Shown here: positions 41,059 through 53,700 of the stretch, one piece after another
Layout of the letters: each line of letters opens with the position of its first letter
Numbering within the stretch: the first letter of the stretch is position 1
From: an uncultured delta proteobacterium
GTDB taxonomy: Bacteria; Desulfobacterota; Binatia; JACPRU01
Direction: 5' to 3'
DNA length: 64,000 nt
Assembly: GCA_963745025.1 (NCBI GenBank)
Contig: CAVUWD010000016.1
Coordinates: forward strand, 544,001 to 608,000
The notes under the pieces: model-generated
The model's database searches: none
What the model was told of the DNA's origin: nothing
What the model saw: only the letters and a program-made list of their open reading frames with translations
Made by a program: the position numbers and the translations under genes

Positions 41059-41232
41059 GTGACTGACTGGTCAGTAGAGATGCTCCTCGGCATCGTGCGC
41101 GGGGTGCGCGCGGCCCCGCGGCACGGCGCGTCGGCGAATCAGCTCGCCGGGGGCGCGATCGACCTCTTGCTCCGCGGCTTGGCGGCGGACCCGCGGCGGC
41201 GCTCGCGACGGCCGCCCAGGCGCGTGCGATGA
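41059..41232 (+). pseudogene. Internally deleted TetR-like regulator (57 aa)
   Basis: GGGAG RBS, GTG-TDWSV joined to EMLLGIVRG...AIDLLLRGL; stop overlaps the TolC ATG (ATGA). Confidence 0.5.
41062..41075. promoter_or_regulatory. TetR-type operator palindrome
   Basis: ACTGAC-TG-GTCAGT. Confidence 0.6.
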
Positions 41233-42530
41233 GAACGACCGCTCTTGCGCTCGGCGCTTTGTTGCTGGCGAGCCGGATGGCGGCGCCGGCGCTTGCCGAG
41301 GACGAGCCGAAGAAGACGCTTGCGGAGTGCCTGGCCATCGCCATCGAGCAACACCCCGACCTCAAGGCGGCCCAGGCGGCCGCGCAGGTCGGTCACGAGC
41401 AGACGTGGGAGGTCATTTCCACGGCGCTCCCCCAGATCAATGCCAGCTATGGCGCGCAGCGCCGTCATACCAGCGCGGCGGCGAGCACCGCGGCGCAGAT
41501 CGGCGGCTCCCCGAGCACCTTCGCCTTCTACTCGACGGGCATCACGTTCTCCCAGATCCTCTTCGACTTCGGCCAGAGCCTCGCTGGGATCAAGGCAGCT
41601 CAGGCGACCGAGCGCTCCTTGCAGGCAAACACCGACACGGCGCGGGAGACGGTCCTGTTCAACGTAAAGCAGGGCTACTTCAACCTCCTCCAGGCGAGCC
41701 GTCTGCTCGCCGTGGCCGACGAGAACGTGCGCGCCGATCAGAAGCACCTCGACCTCGCCAATGGGCGATTCGACGTGGGAGTCGCCACGCGCTTCGACAT
41801 TACCCAGGCCGAGGTTCAGCTGATCAACGCGCAACTCGCGCAGCTGAACGCTCGAAACAACGTGGCGCTGGCGCGAGAGACGTTCCGCAACGCCCTCGGG
41901 ATCGACGGGCCTCTCGACTTCGGAATCGCCGACACGCTCGACGTGCACGACGTTCACGTCGAGCCGGACAGAGCGGTCGATCTCGCCTACGATCATCGGC
42001 CCGAGCTGGCGAGCGTGCGGCTCCAAGAAGAATCGGTGAACAACCAGATCACCGCACTCGAACGGAGCTATTTGCCGACCATCAACGGAAACGCCAATTA
42101 CAGCTACACCGGGTCCTCTTATCCGCTGGAGAATTCATGGAACTTCGGGGCCACGGTCAATCTCTCCGTATTCAACGGCGGATTGACGACCGCGCAAGTC
42201 GGGGCGGCCAAGGCCAACCTTGCCCAGCTCAAAGCTCAGGAGCAGAGCCTTCGTCACCAGGTCGCCCTTGAGGTTCGGCAGTCGGTGCTGAACCTCGCTC
42301 AGGCGAGCGAGAGCATCCAGGTTTCGGAAAAGGGGCTGCAGTCGGCCCGGGAGAACCTGGCGATCGCCGAGGGACAATACAGCGCGGGCGTCGGCAACAT
42401 CATCGCCCTCACCGACGCGCAAGCGTTGCTGACCACCGCGAAAGGAAACAACGTGCAAGCTCTTGCAGGATACCACACGGCGGTGGCCGCGCTCGAGCAG
42501 GCGACCGCGCAGAGCTTCGGCGGAGAGTGA
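41229..42530 (+). CDS. TolC family outer membrane efflux protein
   Basis: Signal peptide; two OEP repeats (ALPQINAS..FDFG; YLPTING..FNGG; RFDVGV, QYSAGV). Confidence 0.9.
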   Translation: MRTTALALGALLLASRMAAPALAEDEPKKTLAECLAIAIEQHPDLKAAQAAAQVGHEQTWEVISTALPQINASYGAQRRHTSAAASTAAQIGGSPSTFAFYSTGITFSQILFDFGQSLAGIKAAQATERSLQANTDTARETVLFNVKQGYFNLLQASRLLAVADENVRADQKHLDLANGRFDVGVATRFDITQAEVQLINAQLAQLNARNNVALARETFRNALGIDGPLDFGIADTLDVHDVHVEPDRAVDLAYDHRPELASVRLQEESVNNQITALERSYLPTINGNANYSYTGSSYPLENSWNFGATVNLSVFNGGLTTAQVGAAKANLAQLKAQEQSLRHQVALEVRQSVLNLAQASESIQVSEKGLQSARENLAIAEGQYSAGVGNIIALTDAQALLTTAKGNNVQALAGYHTAVAALEQATAQSFGGE

Positions 42531-42536
42531 CCTGTC

Positions 42537-43763
42537 ATGCACGTCTCCCTTCGTCACGTCGTGGGTGCGGCCATGGTGCTGCTCGTCGCCGCCACGGCCT
42601 ACGCGTACTGGCGGCATCAGCAAGGCATCGGCGGGGAGGGGTACGTCACCGAGATCGTGCAGCGCGGCTCGGTGGCATCGACCGTGACCGCGAACGGCAC
42701 CGTCAATCCGGTGACGACGGTCCAGGTCGGCACTTACGTCTCGGGCCCCATCAAGGCAATCTATGCGGACTTCAACTCGCGAGTGTCCAAGGGACAGATC
42801 GTCGCCAAGATCGATCCCGCCCCGTTCCAGGTGAAGGTGCAATCGGGCGAGGCCGCGGTCGCCAATGCGCGTGCGCAGGTCGGAAAGGACCGGGCCGATC
42901 TCGCTCTCAAGAAGCTCACGCTCGAGCGCAACCGCCAGCTCCTCGGCAAGAACTTGATCTCGCAGAACGACGTGGACACCGCCAAGAGCAACTACGATCA
43001 GGCCGTCGCCCAGCGCGAGCTCGACGAGGCCCGAGTCGAGCAAGCGTTGGCCGATCTCGAAGCGGCCCGCATCAACCTCGCCTACACGGACATCCGGTCG
43101 CCGGTCGACGGAGTCGTGGTCTCGCGCAACGTCGACGTCGGCCAGACCGTGGCCGCGAGCTTCCAGACGCCCACGCTCTTCCTCATCGCCCAGGATCTCA
43201 CCAAGATGCAGGTCGACACCAACGTCAGTGAATCCGACATCGGCGGCGTCGCCACCGGGCAGTCGGTGGTCTTTCACGTCGACGCCTATCCGGGAAAGGA
43301 TTTCCGCGGCAAGGTCGTGCAAGTGCGAAACGCACCGACGACCGTACAGAACGTGGTCACCTACGACGTGGTGATCGGAGTCGACAATCCCGACCTCGAG
43401 CTCCGTCCCGGCATGACGGCGACGGTCACGATCACGACCGCGCGGCGCGACGACGTGCTGAAGGTGCCGCTGCGGGCTCTGCGCTTTCGACCGAGCCGCG
43501 GCGAGGGCGACCGGCGCTCCGACACGGCCGAGGAGAGCATGGCCAAGGGCACGCGGCCGGACTCGGTATTCGTCGTCCAGCCCGATGGGAGGTTGAGCCG
43601 GGTCAAAGTCGCGACCGGCGTCCGCGACGACCGCTACGCGGAGCTCGTCTCCGGCGAGCTCAAGGACAAGGACGTCGTCGCCGTCGCCTACGAGCGTGCC
43701 GAGACTTCGAGCGCGCCGCCACAGCGGCCTCCTTCCTTTGCCGGCGGCGGGCGACGGTTCTGA
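42537..43763 (+). CDS. Periplasmic adaptor (MacA-like)
   Basis: VQVGTYVSG, IRSPVDGVV, VGQTVAASFQTPTLF and LRPGMTA. Confidence 0.92.
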   Translation: MHVSLRHVVGAAMVLLVAATAYAYWRHQQGIGGEGYVTEIVQRGSVASTVTANGTVNPVTTVQVGTYVSGPIKAIYADFNSRVSKGQIVAKIDPAPFQVKVQSGEAAVANARAQVGKDRADLALKKLTLERNRQLLGKNLISQNDVDTAKSNYDQAVAQRELDEARVEQALADLEAARINLAYTDIRSPVDGVVVSRNVDVGQTVAASFQTPTLFLIAQDLTKMQVDTNVSESDIGGVATGQSVVFHVDAYPGKDFRGKVVQVRNAPTTVQNVVTYDVVIGVDNPDLELRPGMTATVTITTARRDDVLKVPLRALRFRPSRGEGDRRSDTAEESMAKGTRPDSVFVVQPDGRLSRVKVATGVRDDRYAELVSGELKDKDVVAVAYERAETSSAPPQRPPSFAGGGRRF

Positions 43764-43766
43764 GCC

Positions 43767-44504
43767 ATGGCGCAGGCGCTGATCGAGATCCGAGACCTCT
43801 GGAAAATCTACGAGCTCGGCGACGTGTCGGTGACGGCGCTCGCGAGCGTCTCGCTCGACGTCCGCTACGGGGAGTTCGTGGCCATCATGGGGTCCTCGGG
43901 CTCGGGCAAATCCACGTTGATGAACATCATCGGCTGCCTCGATCGGCCGACCCGCGGTGCCTACCGTCTCGACGGCGCAGACGTCTCGACGCTCTCCCCC
44001 GATGATCGGGCTGAGATTCGCAACACGAAGATCGGCTTCGTTTTCCAGAACTTCAATCTCGTCCCGCGCACGACGGCCGTGGAGAACGTCGAGCTGCCGC
44101 TCTTCTACGGCGATCTTCCCCTCACCGCCCAGCATGAGCGAGCGCGAGCGGCGTTGGCCTCGGTCGGCCTGATCGGCCGGGAACACCACCTGCCGAATCA
44201 GCTCTCGGGGGGTGAGCAGCAGCGAGTCGCGATCGCCCGCGCCCTGGTCAATCGGCCGCCCCTGCTTCTCGCCGACGAGCCGACGGGCAACCTCGATACC
44301 CGCACGTCGATCGAGATTGTCGGAATCTTCCAGGAGCTCAATCGTTCGCAGGGCATCACCGTCATGGTCGTGACGCACGAGACCGACATCGCGCAGTACG
44401 CCGGCCGAGTCGTCACCTTTCGCGACGGCCGCATCGTCTCGGACGTCGCTCAATCCGCGCAGCGCGCCCGGGCCGATTCCGTCGCCGGGGTGGAGGCATC
44501 GTGA
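43767..44504 (+). CDS. ABC ATP-binding protein (MacB/LolD-like)
   Basis: GSSGSGKST, LSGGEQQRVAIARAL and ADEPTGNLD. Confidence 0.93.
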   Translation: MAQALIEIRDLWKIYELGDVSVTALASVSLDVRYGEFVAIMGSSGSGKSTLMNIIGCLDRPTRGAYRLDGADVSTLSPDDRAEIRNTKIGFVFQNFNLVPRTTAVENVELPLFYGDLPLTAQHERARAALASVGLIGREHHLPNQLSGGEQQRVAIARALVNRPPLLLADEPTGNLDTRTSIEIVGIFQELNRSQGITVMVVTHETDIAQYAGRVVTFRDGRIVSDVAQSAQRARADSVAGVEAS

Positions 44505-45733
44505 AGCTCCTGCGCATGACGCTTCGCGCGGCGCTCGGCGCGCTGCGGCGAAACAAGATGCGCTCCGCCCTGACCATGCTCGGCATCATCATCGGCGTGG
44601 CTGCGGTGATCACCATGGTGAGCGTCGGTCAGGGCGCAAACGAGGCGGTGCAGAGGGAGATCGAGAGCCTCGGCACGAACCTGTTGATGGTCGTTCCCGG
44701 CGCGACCACTGCGGGCGGCGCTCGCTCGGGCTGGGGCGGCGTGTCGACACTCACGCGGAACGACGCGGAGTCGATCCGGCGCGACTGCCCTTCGGTCGGC
44801 GAGGTCACCTACTTCCGCCGCCAAATCGTGCAAGCGATCTACGGCAATCAAAACTGGTCGACGGTCGCTCAAGGCACCACGCCTTCCTATCCGCGAGTCC
44901 GAGATTGGAACGTGTCCGCGGGAAGCTTCTTTTCCCAGCGTGATGACGACGCCGCCAACCGCGTCGCCGTACTCGGCCAGACCGTGGTCAATCAGCTTTT
45001 CGGGCCCGGAGAGGATCCCGTTGGCGCGATGATTCGCATCAAAGAGGTCCCCTTCACGGTGATCGGCGTGCTCGAATCCAAGGGGCAGTCGAGCTACGGC
45101 CAGGATCAAGACGACGTGGTACTCATGCCATTCAATACCGCCATCCGCCGCGTGGTCGGCACGCAATTCGTCGGCACCGTCGACATGATCTTCGTCTCTG
45201 CCGCATCGAATGGCGAGATCGAGCAGGCGCAGGCGGAGATCCACGATCTCTTGCTGGAGCGCCACCACATCCAGAAAGGACAGGACGACGACTTCACGGT
45301 GCGCAACCTGAACGAGATCGCCAAGGCGCGCGAGAGCGCGAGTCAGGTGATGACAACGCTCCTCCTGTCGGTCGCCTCGATCTCGCTGCTCGTCGGCGGG
45401 ATCGGCATCATGAACATCCTGCTGGTCTCCGTGACCGAGCGTACGCGCGAGATCGGTATCCGCATGGCGATCGGCGCCAAGGCACGGCACATCCTGCTTC
45501 AGTTCCTGGTCGAGGCGATCACCTTGAGCACCGTCGGAGGGCTCGCCGGAGCGTTGCTCGGCATCGCCGGCGCCGAGGCGATCTCCTTTTTCGCGAGCTG
45601 GCCGACCGTGGTGTCACCGACCGCGATCCTCGGCTCGGTCGTCTTCTCGGGCGCGGTCGGTGTCTTCTTCGGTTTCTACCCCGCCCGCAAGGCCTCGCGG
45701 CTCGACCCGATCCTGGCGTTGCGTTACGAGTGA
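44501..45733 (+). CDS. ABC permease (MacB-like)
   Basis: RSALTMLGIIIG, GGIGIMNILLVSVTERTREIGIR and DPILALRYE. Confidence 0.93.
   Translation: MKLLRMTLRAALGALRRNKMRSALTMLGIIIGVAAVITMVSVGQGANEAVQREIESLGTNLLMVVPGATTAGGARSGWGGVSTLTRNDAESIRRDCPSVGEVTYFRRQIVQAIYGNQNWSTVAQGTTPSYPRVRDWNVSAGSFFSQRDDDAANRVAVLGQTVVNQLFGPGEDPVGAMIRIKEVPFTVIGVLESKGQSSYGQDQDDVVLMPFNTAIRRVVGTQFVGTVDMIFVSAASNGEIEQAQAEIHDLLLERHHIQKGQDDDFTVRNLNEIAKARESASQVMTTLLLSVASISLLVGGIGIMNILLVSVTERTREIGIRMAIGAKARHILLQFLVEAITLSTVGGLAGALLGIAGAEAISFFASWPTVVSPTAILGSVVFSGAVGVFFGFYPARKASRLDPILALRYE
45694..45733 (+). repeat. 40-bp direct repeat, left copy (3' end of the permease gene)
   Basis: CTCGCGGCTCGACCCGATCCTGGCGTTGCGTTACGAGTGA; 39/40 identical to 53959-53998. 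Confidence 0.92.
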
Positions 45734-45895
45734 CCCGCAGCCGAGCCGCACACCGTTTGCTTGCGTGGTGTCGCTCGGGTTCGTCGCGGCGCGGTGGCGC
45801 CGCCGCGAGAGCCGGCGCCCTTCGCCAGTCGCCCCCTCCGGGGTGCCGACCACGCGCACCCGAGCTCGGCGCGTTGATTGAACGACCGACACGGG

Positions 45896-45913
45896 ATATG
45901 TGAATGTACATAT
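45896..45913. promoter_or_regulatory. MarR-type operator palindrome overlapping the marR start
   Basis: ATATGT-GAATGT-ACATAT, AT-rich in a GC-rich context. Confidence 0.6.
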
Positions 45914-46406
45914 GTTGCTTAAGCAAGCAATTGCGTCGAACGAGCACATCGGCTTCCTGATCGCCGCGGCGCGACGCCGCATCAATCAGGCGCTCGGCGG
46001 GCGCCTGCGACGCTATCGGCTCACGCCGCGGCAGTTCTGGATCCTGATCGCGGTCCACGAACATCCCGGTTTTTCGCTGACGGAGATCGTGGCTCATCTA
46101 CGAATGGACTATCCCACGGCGTCGCGGGTGGTCTTCGCGCTGCGGCGTCGAAGGCTCGTCGCCGTCCGAGAGGACCCGAAGGATAGGCGCCGTTCGCGCT
46201 TGTATCTCGGGCCGGTCGGCGCGACTCTGGCCGCCGAGCTGCATGAGATCGCCGTGTCGATCCGCGGCGCGGTAACGCAAGGACTGAGCGGGTCCGAGCG
46301 CGAGGCGCTGCGCGCCTTGCTCGGCACGATCATCGCCAACATGGATCGATTCCATGACGGTCGACGCACGCACCCGCCGAACCCGGTGAAGAGGGCGACA
46401 CGGTGA
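45912..46406 (+). CDS. MarR family transcriptional regulator
   Basis: [23 protein letters not shown] and [12 protein letters not shown]. Confidence 0.9.
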   Translation: MLLKQAIASNEHIGFLIAAARRRINQALGGRLRRYRLTPRQFWILIAVHEHPGFSLTEIVAHLRMDYPTASRVVFALRRRRLVAVREDPKDRRRSRLYLGPVGATLAAELHEIAVSIRGAVTQGLSGSEREALRALLGTIIANMDRFHDGRRTHPPNPVKRATR

Positions 46407-47644
46407 GCCTACCAAAGCCCTTCGACCGCGGATCGCCCGGCCCGTCCCAAGCGGTGCGCGACCCCGAGGCGCCGTCGCGCCCCGGAGCCCGGGTGCGGCT
46501 CTTGGCGGTCGCCGTGTTACTCGTCGCGGGCATCGGATACGCGTTTTACCGAGCGTCGGCGGAGCGTGCGGCCGCCGGCGCGGCCGCGCGCTCCGCCGCC
46601 CGAAGCGTACCCGTCGTCGCGGTCCCGGCACGCCGCGGAGACATACCGATCGCGCTCTCCGGTCTCGGCACGGTGACGGCGTTCAACACGGTCACGGTGC
46701 GAAGCCGGGTCGACGGGCAGCTCGTCAAGGTGGCCTTTCAGGAAGGACAATTCGTCAAGCAAGGCGAGCTGCTCGCGGAGATCGATCCACGCCCCTTCCA
46801 GGCGCAGCTCACGCAGACCGAAGGCCAGCACGCGCGCGACCTCGCCCAGCTGAAGGACGCACGCATCAACCTCGAGCGGTATCGGCAGCTTCTCGAGAAG
46901 CAGTTCATCTCGAAGCAGCAGTACGACGACCAAGCGGCCAGTGTCGGCCAGTTCGAGGGGGCGGTGAAGGCAGACGAGGGAGCGATCGCCAACGCCGAGC
47001 TGCAGCTCGTCTACTCCAAGATCACCGCGCCGATCGGCGGCCGCATCGGCCTGCGGTTGGTCGACGTCGGCAACATGGTCCACGCCGCCGACCCGACCGG
47101 CCTCGTCGTCATCACCCAGGTCCAGCCGATCGCCGCCGTGTTCACGATCCCGGAGGACGATCTGCCGTCGCTCCTGTCGCGACTGCGCGCCGGAGAGCGT
47201 CTCCCGGTCGAAGCGTACGATCGCTCGGGCAACACGAAAATCGCGACGGGCGAGCTGCTCACCGCCGACAACCAGATCGATCCAACCACCGGCACCGTGA
47301 AGCTCAAGGCGGTCTTCGCCAACGAGGATCACGCGCTGTTTCCGAACCAGTTCGTCAACGTGCGCTTGCTGCTCGACGTTCGGAAGGACGCAACGATCAT
47401 CCCGGCGGCGGCGATCCAGCGCGGGCCGCGGGGAACCTTCGTCTACGTGGTCAGGCCCGACCAGACGGCCGAGGTGCGCGCGATCCGCGTCGGGATCATG
47501 GAAGGGGCCGAGGTGTCCGTCGACTCCGGCCTCTCCGTGGACGAACTCACGGTCGTCGACGGAGCCGACAAGCTCAAAGCGGGCAGCAGCGTCCAGCTTC
47601 AGAAGCCCGAAGCGAGCGGCGCGAGCGCGAAGTCGAGCCGGTGA
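46403..47644 (+). CDS. mdtA: RND periplasmic adaptor, MdtA-like
   Basis: [45 protein letters not shown] and LFPNQFVN. Confidence 0.85.
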   Translation: MSLPKPFDRGSPGPSQAVRDPEAPSRPGARVRLLAVAVLLVAGIGYAFYRASAERAAAGAAARSAARSVPVVAVPARRGDIPIALSGLGTVTAFNTVTVRSRVDGQLVKVAFQEGQFVKQGELLAEIDPRPFQAQLTQTEGQHARDLAQLKDARINLERYRQLLEKQFISKQQYDDQAASVGQFEGAVKADEGAIANAELQLVYSKITAPIGGRIGLRLVDVGNMVHAADPTGLVVITQVQPIAAVFTIPEDDLPSLLSRLRAGERLPVEAYDRSGNTKIATGELLTADNQIDPTTGTVKLKAVFANEDHALFPNQFVNVRLLLDVRKDATIIPAAAIQRGPRGTFVYVVRPDQTAEVRAIRVGIMEGAEVSVDSGLSVDELTVVDGADKLKAGSSVQLQKPEASGASAKSSR

Positions 47645-50600
47645 ACCCGTCGCGCTTGTTCATCCTGCGGCCGGTCGCCACCTCGCTCCTGATGGCGGCG
47701 ATCCTGCTCGCGGGCCTGGTCGCGTACCGTGAGCTTCCGGTCTCGGCGCTCCCGCAGGTCGACTATCCGACCATTCAGGTGCTGACCTTCTACCCCGGGG
47801 CGAGCCCCGACGTCATGGCGTCTTCCGTGACGGCGCCGCTCGAGCGGCAGTTCGGCCAGGTGCCGGGTCTCAATCAGATGACATCGACGAGCTCGCTCGG
47901 CAGCTCGGTCGTCACGCTGCAGTTCGCCCTCGATCTCTCGATCGACGTCGCCGAGCAGGAGGTTCAGGCCGCGATCAACGCGGCTGGCACGTTCTTGCCG
48001 CGCGACCTGCCGAATCCGCCGATCTACAGCAAGGTGAATCCGGCGGACACGCCGATCCTGACGCTGGCGCTCACCTCGCGGACGCTGCCGCTTCCCAAGG
48101 TGCAGGACCTCGCCGACACACGGCTTGCGCAGAAGATCTCGCAGCTCCCGGGCGTGGGCTTCGTCTCGATCAGCGGCGGCCAGAAACCCGCGGTGCGCGT
48201 GCGCGCCAACCCGAGCGCGCTCGCCTCCTATGGCCTCGGCCTCGAAGACGTGCGCGCCGCGCTGGCACAGGCGAACGTCAACCAAGCGAAGGGAAGCTTC
48301 GACGGCGAGCGGCAGGCCTACACGATCGGCGCGAACGATCAGATCTCGGCGAGCGCGGACTACAAGCCCCTCGTGATCGCGTATCGCAACGGCGCCCCGG
48401 TGCGGCTCTCGGACGTGGCCGACGTCGTCGACGACGCCGAGAACGTCGAGCAAGCGGCGTGGAGCGGCACCACCCCCGCCGTCATCGTCAACATCCAGCG
48501 GCAGCCCGGCGCCAACATCATCAGCGTCGTCGACCGCGTGCAGGCGGCTCTTGCCGCAGCTCACGGCGTCGCTGCCCTCGTCGATCGACGTCTCCGTCTT
48601 GACCGACCGCACGACCACCATCCGCGCGTCGGTTCGCGACGTCGAGTTCGAGCTCTCGTTGACCGTCGTGCTCGTCGTGCTCGTCATCTTCCTATTCCTG
48701 CGCAACGTCTCGGCGACCATCATTCCGAGCGTCGCCGTGCCGCTGTCGCTCGTCGGCACCTTCGGCGTCATGTACCTGCTCGGCTACAGCCTCGACAATC
48801 TCTCGCTGATGGCGCTGACGATCTCGACCGGCTTCGTCGTCGACGACGCGATCGTGATGATCGAGAACATCGCGCGCTTCATCGAGGAGGGTGACCGGCC
48901 GCTCGAGGCGGCGCTCAAGGGCTCGCAGCAGATCGGCTTCACGATCGTTTCGCTCACCGTCTCGCTGATCGCCGTGCTGATTCCGCTGCTCTTCATGGGC
49001 GACATCGTCGGCCGCCTCTTCCGCGAGTTCGCCGTCACGCTGAGCGTGACGATCCTGGTGTCCGCGGTCGTGTCGCTGACGCTCACGCCGATGATGTCGG
49101 CGAGGCTGCTGCGCCCGCCCTCCGAGCAGGGGCGATTCTATGCGCGCTTCGGAACGGTTCTTTCGCGCGATGATCGACGGCTACGCGCCAGTCCCTCCGC
49201 TGGGTGCTCGGTCACCAGACGCTCACGCTGTGGGTCGCCGCCGCGACGCTGGTCGCGACACTGCTCCTCTACGTGGTCGTTCCGAAGGGCTTCTTCCCGG
49301 TGCAGGACACCGGCGTGATACTCGGCGTCTCCGAGGCGCCGCAGACCATCTCGTTCGCGGCGATGGCCGAGCGGCAGCAGCAGCTCGCCGAAGTCGTGCT
49401 GCGGGATCCGGCGGTCGAGAGCCTCTCTTCGTTCATCGGCGTCGACGGCACGAACACGACCCTGAACAGCGGCCGGATGCAGATCAACTTGAAGCCGCTC
49501 GAGGAGCGACGCACGAGCGCCGTCGACGTCATCCGCCGCCTGCAGCCGGAGCTCGCCCTCGTGAAGGGCATCACGCTCTTCCTCCAGCCGGTCCAGGACC
49601 TGACGATCGAAGACCGCGTGAGCCGCACGCAGTTCCAGTTGAGCCTCGAGTCTGCCGACGCGGCCGACCTCGCGGTTTGGGTCCCCGGCTCGTCGACAAG
49701 CTCGCGGCGCTCGCCGAGCTCCGCGACGTGGCGAGCGATCAGCAGAACGGCGGCTTGGAGGCGTCGCTGGTGATCGATCGTGACACGGCCTCGCGGCTCG
49801 GGGTCACGCCCCAGATGATCGACGACACGCTCTACACGGCGTTCGGCCAGCGCCAGGTCTCGACGATCTTCACCCAGCTGAACCAGTACCACGTGGTGCT
49901 GAGGTCGCCCCGCGCTTCGCGCAAAACCCCGACTCCCTGAAGGACATCTACGTCGGCACGGCGAGCGGCGCACAGGTGCCGCTATCGGTCTTCACTCACT
50001 TCGAGGCCAAGAGCGCCCCGCTCGCTGATCAACCACCAGGGCCAATTTCCGGCCGTCACCGTGTCCTTCAATCTCGCCCCCGGGGCTTCGCTTGGCCAGG
50101 CGGTCGACGCGATCGCCGCCGCCGAGCGCGCGATCGGCCTCCCCGCGTCGATCCACCCGAGCTTCCAGGGAACCGCGCAGGCGTTCCAGGCCTCGCTCAC
50201 GAACGAGCCGTTGCTGATCCTGGCTGCCTTGGTGACCGTCTACATCGTGCTCGGCGTCCTCTACGAGAGCTACATCCATCCGATCACGATCCTCTCGACG
50301 CTGCCCTCGGCCGGAGTCGGCGCGATCCTCGCGCTGCTCGCCTGCCGCAACGATCTCGGCGTCATCGCGCTGATCGGCATCATCCTGTTGATCGGGATCG
50401 TCAAGAAGAACGCCATCATGATGATCGACTTCGCGCTCGAGGCCGAGCGCAAGGACGGCAAGCGCGCCGAAGACGCGATCTACGAAGCATGCCTGCTGCG
50501 TTTCCGCCCGATCATGATGACCACCATGGCGGCCCTGCTCGGCGCGCTGCCGCTCGCGACCGGCACCGGAACGGGCTCCGAGCTTCGCCATCCTCTGGGG

Positions 50601-50753
50601 ATCACGATCGTCGGCGGGCTTCTGGTTTCCCAGCTCCTCACGCTCTACACCACGCCCGTCGTCTACCTGGCGTTCGACCGCTTGGCGAAGCGGTTCGCCG
50701 GACGGCGGGTCGACAGCTTCCTCCGGGAAGAAGCGGAGCCGGACGGCGCGTGA
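47641..50753 (+). CDS. mdtB: RND efflux subunit, MdtB-like (several frameshifts)
   Basis: [41 protein letters not shown] and [14 protein letters not shown] across frames. Confidence 0.85.
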
Positions 50754-53700
50754 GCATCTCCGAGCCATTCATCCGCCGACCGGTGGCGACGTCGCTGTTG
50801 ACGATCGCGTTGGCGCTCGGCGGCATCGTCGGCTTCCGTCTGCTCCCGGTCGCACCGCTTCCCCAAGTGGAGTTCCCGACGATCTCGGTCTCCGCGAACC
50901 TGCCGGGGCGAGCCCCGAGACGATGGCCTCGCGGTGGCCATGCCGCTCGAGCGGCAGTTCGGGCGGATCGCCGGCGTCACCGAGATGACCTCGACGAGCT
51001 ACCTCGGCTCGACGTCGGTCACCCTGCAGTTCGATCTCGGCCGCTCGATCGACGCCGCGGCGCGCGACGTGCAGGCGGCGATCAACGCGGCTCGAGGCCA
51101 GCTGCCGACGAACCTTCCGAACAACCCGACCTACCGCAAGATGAATCCCGCCGAGCGCGCCGATCCTGATCTTCGCGCTCACTTCCGACGACGTGGACAC
51201 CGCCCGGATGTACGACGCGGCCTCGTCGATCCTGCAGCAGAAGCTCTCGCAGGTGGAGGGGGTGGGCCAGGTGATCGTCGGCGGCAGCTCGCTCCCGGCG
51301 GTGCGTGTCGAGCTGAACCTGCCCGCCCTCAACCGTTACGGAATCAGCCTCGACCAGGTCGCGGCGGCGCTCGGAGCGGCGAACGCCAACCGCCCAAAGG
51401 GCGCGCTGGCCGACGGCACCACGCGCTGGCAGATCACCACGACGGATCAGCTGCTGCGCGCGGAGCAATACCGGCCGCTCATCGTCGCCGTTCGAAACGG
51501 CGCCGCCGGTGCGCCTGTCGGACGTCGGAGAGGTCGACGACTCGGTCGAGAACCTGCGCAACGCCGGCCTCTCCAACGGCAAGCCCGCCGTCTTGCTGAT
51601 CCTCTTCGCCCAGCCCGGCGCCAACATCATCGACACCGTCGAGCGCGTGCTCGGCCTCATGCCGCAGCTCGAAGCTTCGATCCCCGCGGCCATCCGCCTC
51701 TCGGTCGTCATGGATCGGACGACGACGATTCGGGCGTCGATCCGCGACGTCGAGTTCGCGCTCACCGTGTCGATCGCTCTCGTGGTGCTCGTCGTGTTCG
51801 TCTTCCTGCGCGACCTGCGGGCGACGCTCATTCCGTCGATCGTCGTGCCGCTGTCGCTGGTCGGCACGTTCGGGGCGATGTACCTGCTCGGCTACAGCCT
51901 CGACAATCTCTCGCTGATGGCGCTGACGATCTCGACGGGCTTCGTCGTCGACGACGCGATCGTGGTGATCGAGAACATCACCCGCTACCTGGAGAAGGGA
52001 CTGTCTCCCGTCGAGGCGGCGCTGCGCGGCTCGCGCGAGATCGGCATTCACGGTCTTGTCGATGAGCGCGTCGCTGGTCGCGGTCTTCATCCCGATCCTG
52101 CTGATGGGCGGGATCGTCGGTCGCTCTTCCGCGAATTCGCGGTGACGCTGTCGGTCGCGATCGTCGTCTCGCTCGTCGTCTCGCTCACCACGACCCCGAT
52201 GATGTGCGCCAAGCTGCTGCGCCCGGAGCGGGAGCGACGGCATGGGCGCCTCTACCGAGTCTTCGAGCGGGCCTTCGAGCGGGTCGTCGAGCGATACGCG
52301 GCGGGTCTCCGCCGGGTGCTCCGCCATCCTCGGCTCACGCTCGCCGTCACCGTGCTGACGGTTTGCGTGAACGTCTATCTCTACGCAGTCGTGCCCAAGG
52401 GGTTCTTCCCCGATCAGGACACGGGCCGCCTGATGGGCGGGATCCAGGGTGCGCAGGATGTTTCGTTCCAGGCGCTCGAAAAGAAGCTCGCGCAGTTCGT
52501 GGACATCGTCATGTCGGATCCAGCCGTTGACACACTGGTCGGATTTACCGGCGGACAGGGCGGGACGACCAACACCGGGCGGATGTTCGTCGCTCTGAAA
52601 CCGATCGAAGAGCGGAAGCTTTCGGCCGCGGAGGTAATCGGGCGACTCCGCGGCAAGCTCGCGCGGGTACCCGGAGCAACTCTCTTCCTGCAATCGGTGC
52701 AGGACATCCGCGCGGGCGGCCGCCTGGGCAATGCCGCGTACCAGTACACCCTGCGAGGTGACGACCTGAACGAACTGAACGACTGGTCCCAGCGCATGCT
52801 CGAGGAGCTTCGCAGATTGCCGCTGCTGGCCGACGTGAGCACCGATCAGCAAAACGGCGGATTGGAGGCGGGGCTGGTCATCGACCGCGACACGGCGTCA
52901 CGGCTGGGCATCACGCCGGCGATGATTGACAGCGCGCTCTACGACGCCTTCGGCCAGCGCCAGGTTTCCACGATGTACACGCCGCTCAACCAGTACCACG
53001 TCGTGATGGAGGCGGCGCCGCGCTTCTTGCAGAGGCCCGACTCGCTGAAGGACATCTACGTCGCCTCGCGGAGCGGCGCGGCGGTGCCGCTCGTCAGCGT
53101 TCACGCACTACGCGCCGCGAAGCGCCGCGCTGGCGGTGAATCACCAGGGCCAGTTTCCCGCCGTCACGCTCTCTTTCAATCTGGCGCCCGGAATCGCGCT
53201 CGGTCAGGCTGTGGACGCAATCGACGCGGTCGCGCGCCGCATGGGCTTGCCGGCGAGCATCCATCCGAGCTTTCAGGGCACCGCGCAGGCGTTTCAGTCC
53301 TCGCTCGCCAACGAGCCGCTGCTGATTCTCGCGGCGCTGGTCGCGGTCTACATCGTGCTCGGCGTGCTCTACGAAAGCTACGATCCATCCGATCACGATC
53401 CTCTCGACGCTGCCGTCGGCCGGCGTCGGCGCCCTCGTCGCGCTGCTGCTTTGCCGCACCGATCTCAGCGTGATCGCGCTGATCGGAATCATCTTGCTGA
53501 TCGGCATCGTCAAGAAGAACGCGATCATGATGATCGACTTCGCGCTCGAGGCGGAGCGGAGGAAGGCAAGCCTCCCGAAGAGGCGATCTACGAGGCGTGC
53601 CTCCTGCGCTTCCGGCCGATCCTGATGACGACGATGGCGGCTCTGTTCGGCGGCTTGCCGCTGGCGCTCGGTACCGGTACCGGATCCGAGTTCCGCCGCC

